NCBI RefSeq assembly: GCF_000012805.1
Contig: NC_007484.1
Location: 2,190,001-2,222,000 of the forward strand
Direction of reading: 5' to 3'
Origin: Nitrosococcus oceani ATCC 19707
GTDB taxonomy: Bacteria; Pseudomonadota; Gammaproteobacteria; Nitrosococcales; Nitrosococcaceae
DNA: 32,000 bases
The position numbers and the translations under genes were made by a program. Under the pieces are notes generated by a model. The model was not told the origin of the DNA and ran no database searches. It saw nothing but the letters and a program-made list of their open reading frames with translations. Positions within the stretch are counted from its first letter, which is position 1; the number at the start of each line of letters is the position of its first letter. Positions 20,351 to 27,328 of this stretch are shown here, piece after piece.

Positions 20351-21719
20351 GGCGACCTCCTTCCACGGGCTGAGTCGAAGGCGCTTTTTCTCCTGGCTCA
20401 ATAGGTAAAGGCACCAATTCCGCCCGGGTTAACCTGGCCTCCAACAAATATTTCTGGGCAACCGCCTGGACTTGTTCAGGGGTAATGGCGCGCACCTGAT
20501 CCACATAGGCATCCGCTAGCCGCCAGTCTAGCCCAACCGTTTCCAGCAACCCTAGCTGCATGGCCTGAAAAAACATGGAGTCCTGTTCAAAAACCTGATG
20601 GGCAACTACCTGGTTTTTGATTCGCTCCAGTTCCTCCTTGCTCACGAGTTCTTTTTGCAGGCGCTGAATCTGTGCCCAAATAGCCTCCTCCAACTCGGCA
20701 ATAGTCCGTCCCTGGGCCGGTACTCCAGCAATCACAAATTGGTCTTTGATGCGCCCATACAAATGGTAGCTGGCCCCTACGCTGGTAGCCACTTGGCTGC
20801 CCCGGATAAGTTCCCTGGAAAAGCGAGAACTACGCCCTCCATCTAAAATCCCGCCTAACACCTCCAGGGCATAGGCTTCCCAGTCTTCTTCCGCGTTCTT
20901 TATAACCGGCACCTTCCACCCTAACAGCAAATAAGGCAGCTCAGCCGGTGCCCGCACAAAAATCTCCCGCCGGCCAGTCTGGGAAATCTCCTCCTGGGGT
21001 TTGGGGGGAGTGATTTTCTCTGGTTTTAAGGAGCCAAAATATTTTTCAGCCAAAGCATGGACGGCCTCAGGGTCTACATCTCCCACGACCACCACAGTGG
21101 CATTGTTAGGGGCATACCACTTCTGATACCAGGCTTGCAAATCCTTGAGTTCATAGTGTTGAATATCGCTCATCCAACCAATCACGGGATGATGATAGGG
21201 GCCGCTGAGAAAAGCGGTAGCGTTGAAACGCTCGTAGGTCAAGGCATTAGGATTATCCTCAGTGCGCATGCGCCGCTCCTCCATCACCACCTGCTTTTCC
21301 TTCCGTAATTCTTCGGGAATGAGCACTAGGTTGCGCATGCGATCAGCTTCCAGCCGGAAACTGACCTCTACCTGGTCATTGGCCATCTGCTCAAAATACG
21401 CTGTGTAATCCCGGCCCGTAAAAGCATTTTCCTCACCCCCGTTAGCAGAAATAATCTGCGAAAATTGGTTTGGCTCCAAATTTTTAGTTCCCTTAAACAT
21501 CATATGCTCTAGCATATGGGAAATACCCGTAATCCCATTGTACTCATAGCTAGAGCCCACCTTGTACCACACTTGGGAAACCATCACCGGTGCCCGAGGA
21601 TCTTCCTTAACCAGGAGCTTTAGCCCGTTCTTCAGGGTAAATTCATGTACTTTGGCCATAACTGCTAGTGGCAACATCAGGGCCAAAAAGATTGTTAGCA
21701 AGCGTATGAGTGGCGTCAT
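20340..21719 (-). CDS. M16 family zinc metallopeptidase (pitrilysin/insulinase-like)
   Basis: Signal peptide, then GISHMLEHMMFKGT (HxxEH) and the downstream GGEENAFTGRDYTAY. Confidence 0.9.
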   Translation of the reverse strand: MTPLIRLLTIFLALMLPLAVMAKVHEFTLKNGLKLLVKEDPRAPVMVSQVWYKVGSSYEYNGITGISHMLEHMMFKGTKNLEPNQFSQIISANGGEENAFTGRDYTAYFEQMANDQVEVSFRLEADRMRNLVLIPEELRKEKQVVMEERRMRTEDNPNALTYERFNATAFLSGPYHHPVIGWMSDIQHYELKDLQAWYQKWYAPNNATVVVVGDVDPEAVHALAEKYFGSLKPEKITPPKPQEEISQTGRREIFVRAPAELPYLLLGWKVPVIKNAEEDWEAYALEVLGGILDGGRSSRFSRELIRGSQVATSVGASYHLYGRIKDQFVIAGVPAQGRTIAELEEAIWAQIQRLQKELVSKEELERIKNQVVAHQVFEQDSMFFQAMQLGLLETVGLDWRLADAYVDQVRAITPEQVQAVAQKYLLEARLTRAELVPLPIEPGEKAPSTQPVEGGRHVS

Positions 21720-21819
21720 TGTCTTCCTTCTTGGTTAACGCTATAGAAATTGGTTTTTAAAATCAGCAATAATGATAGGATACTTAATCGTAAGCATTAT
21801 CTAATGAGTCATAAAAGCC

Positions 21820-22908
21820 ATGGTAAGTTTCTTTAAGCGTAAGCGAAAGAGCCCAGAACAGAATTCAGAAGCGACTCTTCCTCCGGTAGCCGCCGAAGCT
21901 ACCAGAGAAGCCAGCTCAGAGACCGGAGCCGGGGAAAAACAATCTTTATTCAAGCGCCTACGTGACCGCCTTGGCCGCACCCGCGGTAATCTGACGGGTG
22001 GTATTGCTGACCTGATGCTAGGCAAAAAATCCATTGATGATGAGTTGTTGGAAGAGATTGAAACTCAACTGCTTATTGCAGACTTGGGAGTCGAAGCCAC
22101 TCAGGCCATTATTGAGGATCTCACCATTCGAACTTCCCGCGAGCAACTCCAAGATGCGGAGGCTTTGATGGAGGCCCTACGGGAGAATATGCAAGAATTA
22201 CTGACGCCTTGCAACCAACCGTTAATAATTCCAGCAGCTATTAAACCCTTTGTCATTCTCATGGTAGGCGTTAATGGAGTCGGTAAAACCACCACTATTG
22301 GCAAGCTAGCGAAAAAATTCCAGGCTGAGGGCCGCTCGGTAATGCTCGCTGCTGGCGATACCTTTCGTGCTGCAGCGGTGGAACAATTGCAAGTATGGGG
22401 TGAACGTAACCAAGTTCCGGTCATGGCCCAGCACAGCGGAGCTGATTCCGCCTCAGTAATTTTTGATGCCGTGCAATCGGCCCAGGTCCGGGGAATCGAT
22501 GTGCTAATTGCGGATACCGCAGGCCGGCTCCATACTCAAACTAATCTTATGGAAGAACTTAAAAAAGTGAAACGAGTTATGGGTAAAGTAAATCCCCACG
22601 CTCCCCATGAAATAATGCTGACCGTGGATGCTGGAACAGGTCAAAATGCACTAAATCAAGCTAGGCAATTCCATGAGGCCGTTGACCTTACCGGGATTAT
22701 CCTCACCAAGTTAGATGGTACTGCTAAAGGAGGGGTAATTTTTGCCATTGCTAAAAAAATGGGACTCCCGATCCGTTTTATCGGTGTCGGCGAGGGCATT
22801 GATGACCTTCGCCCTTTCAATGCCGAGGAATTTGTTAATGCCTTACTTACCCCCCTACCTCCAAGAGAAACCGAAGAACTTGAGAATTCATCAGGACAGC
22901 CGAGTTAA
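21820..22908 (+). CDS. ftsY: signal recognition particle-docking protein FtsY
   Basis: Short acidic A-region followed by an NG domain: ILMVGVNGVGKTTTIGKLA, DTAGRLH, LTKLDGTAKGG, FIGVGEGIDDLRPF. Confidence 0.95.
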   Translation: MVSFFKRKRKSPEQNSEATLPPVAAEATREASSETGAGEKQSLFKRLRDRLGRTRGNLTGGIADLMLGKKSIDDELLEEIETQLLIADLGVEATQAIIEDLTIRTSREQLQDAEALMEALRENMQELLTPCNQPLIIPAAIKPFVILMVGVNGVGKTTTIGKLAKKFQAEGRSVMLAAGDTFRAAAVEQLQVWGERNQVPVMAQHSGADSASVIFDAVQSAQVRGIDVLIADTAGRLHTQTNLMEELKKVKRVMGKVNPHAPHEIMLTVDAGTGQNALNQARQFHEAVDLTGIILTKLDGTAKGGVIFAIAKKMGLPIRFIGVGEGIDDLRPFNAEEFVNALLTPLPPRETEELENSSGQPS

Positions 22909-22995
22909 GGAATATCATTAACTAAGCAGCTATGCCTGTCTCGTTTATTCACGGATAGCTAGTAACACTTATCAGGCCACTGGCGGGGGAACCTT

Positions 22996-23040
22996 TCCCT
23001 AATATTAGCACTCTTATGATAAGAGTGCTAATATTAGGGA
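22996..23040. repeat. perfect palindrome (20-22 bp arms) in the ftsY-rpoH spacer
   Basis: TCCCTAATATTAGCACTCTT (22996-23015), centre atgat, then AAGAGTGCTAATATTAGGGA (23021-23040). The arms are exact reverse complements, and the centre can extend the pairing by 2 bp. Confidence 0.9.
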
Positions 23041-23064
23041 ACTTCTTTTATTTAAGAGGAATTT

Positions 23065-23928
23065 ATGGAACTGACTGTACGCAATGATAATGGGGCGTTA
23101 GTACCCGTAGCCGTTGGTAATCTCAATACCTACTGCCAAAATGCCCATAGCATCCCTGTGTTAAGTGCAGAGCAAGAACGATCCCTTGCCCTTCGGCTTA
23201 GGCAGCATAATGATCTGGAGGCAGCTCGGCAGTTGGTCCTCTCCCATCTTCGTTTCGTCATCCGGATTGCGCGGGGATATAATGGTTATGGGCTTCCTCT
23301 GGCAGATTTAATTCAAGAGGGCAATATTGGTCTTATGAAAGCGGTCAAACGCTTCGATCCAGAGCAAGGAGTGCGTTTGGTGTCTTTCGCTGTCCATTGG
23401 ATCCGGGCGGAAATCCATGAATTCATTCTTCGTAACTGGCGTATCGTCAAAGTCGCAACCACCAAAGCCCAGCGCAAGTTGTTCTTTAATCTGCGGAGCG
23501 CTAAAAAACGTTTAGGCTGGCTCAATAGAAAAGAAGTAGATGAAGTCGCCCAGGATCTGGGTGTCAGCCCCAAGCAAGTAATGGAAATGGAGGCTCGCCT
23601 GAGCAGCCAAGATGCGCCTTTTGATGGCTCTAACGCGGAGGAGAGCGAAAATGGCATCCCCGCGCCGATGGCTTACCTTGCAGATCCATCTGCTGATCCA
23701 GCCCAGAAAATGGAGCTGCTGGATCAGGAAAATTATTATGGCCAACGGTTACAACAGGCATTGGAAGTGCTAGATTTGCGCAGCCGCACTATCATTAACC
23801 GCCGTTGGCTTCAAGAAAACAAAAGCACCTTACACGAACTCGCAGCGGAATACCAAATTTCTGCGGAGCGCATTCGCCAATTGGAAAATAACGCCATAAA
23901 GAAGATGCGTTCCGTACTCGCTGACTAG
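23065..23928 (+). CDS. rpoH: RNA polymerase sigma-32 (heat-shock sigma factor)
   Basis: Collinear by eye with E. coli RpoH: [77 protein letters not shown] (RpoH box) and ...[17 protein letters not shown]. Confidence 0.95.
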   Translation: MELTVRNDNGALVPVAVGNLNTYCQNAHSIPVLSAEQERSLALRLRQHNDLEAARQLVLSHLRFVIRIARGYNGYGLPLADLIQEGNIGLMKAVKRFDPEQGVRLVSFAVHWIRAEIHEFILRNWRIVKVATTKAQRKLFFNLRSAKKRLGWLNRKEVDEVAQDLGVSPKQVMEMEARLSSQDAPFDGSNAEESENGIPAPMAYLADPSADPAQKMELLDQENYYGQRLQQALEVLDLRSRTIINRRWLQENKSTLHELAAEYQISAERIRQLENNAIKKMRSVLAD

Positions 23929-24012
23929 CCGCTCCTCAAACTGAGAAGCGGCATATTACCTCATTGAAAAAGGGAAAACGGGCTTCAATTATCAGCGCTC
24001 CACCACCTGCCA

Positions 24013-24798
24013 CTACGGCTTTAACCCAGCTCGTCCAAGGAGGGCCTTGACGTAGTCCGCCGGAATCGCATAAGTAATTCCGCTGGGATGTTTAAGAACG
24101 TTTTCCTTACTACCTTTAACAAAAACTTTATTGACCACGCCCAGCACCTGTCCTGTATCCGGATCATAAACGGGACTGCCACTATTACCCGGATATGCTG
24201 TAGCATCTAGCTGAAATACTTTAAAAGGTTGCCGGCGTAGCTGCTGAATACGCTGAGGGTTAAGATCTTGGCTAGCTCGTCCTGCCGTGGCAATGGGGGT
24301 AATGGCTGAGACGATGCCACGGTGGGTCACCGGATAGAGTCCCAGCACGGGTCCAATCGGAAAGCCGGTAAAAGCAACCCCTTCTCCCTCACGGACTTGT
24401 GAGGGGTTTCCCAGTGAAAGAGAGGATAGAGAGCCCCCCCCTATCTTCAGGAGGGCAAGATCATGAACGGCATCCACAGCTACTTTCTCCGCTTGCCGTA
24501 CCTGCCCCTTAACACCGACAAAAACTGCAATATATTCGTTACGCTCTGAATTAAGCTCAGAAGGCAAAACATGGGCATTAGTCACCACATGCCGGCCATC
24601 AGCAACTACAAAGCCTGTTCCCCGATAGCGTGCTTGGACGCCCCGAATGGAGGCATAAGTACCCACCCCCACCACCGCCTGTTTAACGTGCTCGATGGTA
24701 TCCGCTAAATCCGCCAAGGCAGGAATTGCCGTGAAAAGCAGCAGGCTAATTTTTAATGAAAACCACCCTCCTTGCCACAATATTCGACACAAATTCAT
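24013..24798 (-). CDS. secreted trypsin-like (S1/S1C) serine protease without PDZ domain
   Basis: Signal peptide, then a catalytic triad context of VVTNAHV (His), HDLALLKI (Asp) and PGNSGSPVYD (Ser). Its ATG overlaps the upstream gene's stop as ATGA (24795-24798). Confidence 0.85.
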   Translation of the reverse strand: MNLCRILWQGGWFSLKISLLLFTAIPALADLADTIEHVKQAVVGVGTYASIRGVQARYRGTGFVVADGRHVVTNAHVLPSELNSERNEYIAVFVGVKGQVRQAEKVAVDAVHDLALLKIGGGSLSSLSLGNPSQVREGEGVAFTGFPIGPVLGLYPVTHRGIVSAITPIATAGRASQDLNPQRIQQLRRQPFKVFQLDATAYPGNSGSPVYDPDTGQVLGVVNKVFVKGSKENVLKHPSGITYAIPADYVKALLGRAGLKP

Positions 24799-26051
24799 CC
24801 GCTTTCTCTAAGATTACCTTTTAAATCCGGGTAATGGTGCCTACGTATTTCCTGGCGTAATGGCGTGTAGAACCAAGGTAACCACCAAGCAAGTAAAGCC
24901 AATACAGCATCAGTAATATCAGGGTATCGGCCTGCAATGTATTGCTGATTCCATTCCAAGGTGAACATCCCAACAAACACCCCGATTCCTCCCCAGACCA
25001 GTATCCTTCTGGGCCGTTGGGGGCGAAGATGAAGTACCAGTATACTAAGGGCAAAAAAAGGCCAAGCACCAATGAGCGTATCAACAATGCCAATCACGGT
25101 GCTAGTCAAGTGCCCCTTGAAAGGTATCCAGTTAAAATTAGAGATTAGCCACGTTGTCCCAACGCGTAGTTCGTCAATAATAACCGCCCCAAGAATGGCA
25201 ACGATACTGCTTACAATAGCACCCCTTGCTGGTAACTGCCGCAGCAAGGCAAATCCCACTACCCCTACTCCCGCACCTGCAAGGGCCTCAGCAGAGAGCG
25301 GGCGACCCACCACGGGTATTTTAAACAATAGCACCGCGCTAATGAATACCGCAAACCACCAAAACGCGGATTTATCGGATTTTAAGGCTGCGGCACCCAC
25401 CGTGCCCAGCGCCATGATGGTCAAAATATATACTACCATCTGGTTAAAATCGAGGGGGATTTGCTGTGTCAACGTATACCATAACGGCTTTAATTCCTGA
25501 CGCAGGCCAGAGATATCAAGCGACGGAACCCATGGACTGGTTTGAGAAAGCCCCCACAACCCTAACAAAAACATGCTTGCGCTGGCTAACGCTCCAGGCC
25601 GTATGTGGGCTTGACGCAATGAAAGTAGACACTCATAAATCCGGCCTTGGGGACGTACCGCAACGAAGAGCAAGCCGCCCGCAAGGGCTCCCGTAGTGTT
25701 AAGCGCTAAGTCTAGGAATGAAGATACTCGGCTGGGTAGGTAAACCTGTAAGGACTCAAGCAAAAAACTTAATACCGTTCCTCCCAAAAGAGCAGCAATA
25801 ATTTTGCCAATAGGGGAACGGGAAATAACGGCGCGAGCAAGCAAGAAACCTAACGGGATATAGACGACAATATTGGTAAAAATATCTGAATAGCTAACTT
25901 TCGATCCGTGCCCAAAAATAGGCAACCACCCCGATTCCAATGGGACTCGCCAATCATGCAACGGATAGAGGGTACCATAAGCCAGCAATCCCGCGTAGAT
26001 GATTACCGACAATAAGCGAAATGGTTTAGCCTGCCCTTTGGAATACATCAT
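24795..26051 (-). CDS. VanZ-like domain polytopic membrane protein
   Basis: The N-terminal VanZ-like pattern is YAGLLAYGTLYPLHDW..., SDIFTNIVVYIPLGFLLA and LLESLQVYLPSRVSSFLDLALNTTGALAGG, followed by many additional TM helices. The start at 26051 (MMYSKGQ) is preferred because a GGAGA SD lies 6 nt upstream. The ORF-track start at 26084 has no SD. Confidence 0.7.
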   Translation of the reverse strand: MMYSKGQAKPFRLLSVIIYAGLLAYGTLYPLHDWRVPLESGWLPIFGHGSKVSYSDIFTNIVVYIPLGFLLARAVISRSPIGKIIAALLGGTVLSFLLESLQVYLPSRVSSFLDLALNTTGALAGGLLFVAVRPQGRIYECLLSLRQAHIRPGALASASMFLLGLWGLSQTSPWVPSLDISGLRQELKPLWYTLTQQIPLDFNQMVVYILTIMALGTVGAAALKSDKSAFWWFAVFISAVLLFKIPVVGRPLSAEALAGAGVGVVGFALLRQLPARGAIVSSIVAILGAVIIDELRVGTTWLISNFNWIPFKGHLTSTVIGIVDTLIGAWPFFALSILVLHLRPQRPRRILVWGGIGVFVGMFTLEWNQQYIAGRYPDITDAVLALLAWWLPWFYTPLRQEIRRHHYPDLKGNLRESG

Positions 26052-26086
26052 GCATAATCTCCCGTTAGCGTGGAGATTATGCATGA
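26048..26086 (-). promoter_or_regulatory. perfect 15-bp stem / 9-nt loop hairpin covering the SD and start codon of the VanZ-like gene
   Basis: The mRNA sense reads UCAUGCAUAAUCUCC (26086-26072), loop ACGCUAACG, then GGAGAUUAUGCAUGA (26062-26048). The 3' arm contains the GGAGA SD and the AUG at 26051. A regulatory function is inferred, not shown. Confidence 0.5.
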
Positions 26087-26224
26087 GCGAAAGAAAAAAA
26101 TCTAATAACTCCCTTTATAATTCAATTACCTAAAAAGAAACAGTGATATTTATTACCTGCTAGAGGCCAAAACGGAATAATTTACCTCTCTCCTATTTTT
26201 ACTCTCTCCATGTTCCAACAAACG

Positions 26225-27141
26225 TTAATCATTAGTATATACGATGGTAAGTTTAGGCATGAGTGTGGGATCGGCCGTATAATCATTGCTGCGGAAACGT
26301 TGAAGATTACTATTACCACTCACAGACACTAGGCGCCAGCCGTGGTTGGCTTGGCCATTGCTCGTGGCTTGGATACCAGCAGCGATATCAATCTCAAGCC
26401 ACTGGGGATCCCAACCCACCCCCGCTTGGCTATCAGCAACGGCATTATAAATCGGCACCGCTGCCGCCCGCGCCACTTTCGGTCCACTCAACACCGCTGC
26501 GAGGCTCATTCCACGCTGTAATAGCCGATGAGCACGGTACACAAATTGGAAAGGGGACCCTTCACGCTCTACATGGGAAAATGTTGCTGTCGTAGGTATG
26601 AGTAGATGGTGGCGCAGCATCAGGACCATCAACTGGCATAATAAAACCCAGGTCATCTTGGGTGATCTGGCTAGGCAGGGAGGCCTGTTCCCATAAGCGC
26701 GTGGTGCCGCGCCATCGATAAACGTCATTACCGTTGTAATTGGCGTGACCGCCCCCATAAATGATGAGATCGCTTCGATTGGAGTCCCAGGCAAACGAGT
26801 TCCACGCACCGATGATCCTCGACGGAGTCGGGTTACTAAGCCCCCTAAGGGGGCGCAGATTAGGGGGCGTCCATACATCGGCAAAACGGTTAAGGTTAAC
26901 TTTAACCCAATCTCCTTCTGGCAACGCATCGAGAAGAGTTATCAGTCCGCTGAGATCAGGCGGAGTTCCAAGCGCGTTTCGCTGGGCGGTCGGAGCAGAT
27001 CTTTGCTTAGGCGTTAAGTCAGCTTTTGGCCTATCAGTAGCCCCGGTTTTGGAGGCTAATACTTCAACGGCTAACTGCAATACCAGCGAATTCCAACAAG
27101 AAGAAAGCCGCAGCAAGCAATAAAGAGCAGCGCCGAATTTT
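26225..27141 (-). pseudogene. decayed gene for a secreted protein (Kelch/beta-propeller-like N-terminal piece plus DNRLRE-like C-terminal domain)
   Basis: The coding signal is split over three frames. First, a signal-peptide-like KIRRCSLLLAAAFFLLEFAGIAVSR, ending in a stop, with no start codon (about 27141-27067). Second, ORF 26562-27116 (...IIYGGGHANYNGNDVYRWRGTTRLWE...PPSTHTYDSNIF). Third, the sensible tail of ORF 26225-26929 from about 26600 (GVGWDPQWLEIDIAAGIQATSNGQANHGWRLVSVSGNSNLQRFRSNDYTADPTLMPKLTIVY). Confidence 0.6.
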
Positions 27142-27328
27142 GTGGCTAAAATAGCATTTTATGGAGTATGAGTCCTTTCCAGGCTATAAAAAACGATTTA
27201 GCAGGCTATAATTATTGGTTAACTTATATTGATATATTTATAGAATAATTCCTATTCTATCCAGAGCTACAAAGGCTGCATCAAAGCAAAAGGGAAAGTT
27301 CCGGTATGAGGCCAGGATGGCGGTAACG

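Noticed and set aside
23038-23044. GGAACTT, an exact match to the sigma-E -35 consensus, upstream of rpoH (E. coli rpoH has a sigma-E promoter).
   Set aside because: It lies only about 20 nt before the rpoH ATG, so a -10 and TSS would fall inside the coding sequence. No TCTGA/TCAAA-like -10 occurs at the right spacing. It is probably a by-product of the palindrome arm.
23928-23952. GCCGCT-(13 nt)-AGCGGC hairpin right after the rpoH stop, as a possible terminator.
   Set aside because: The stem is 6 bp with a large loop and no downstream U-tract. This is too weak to call.
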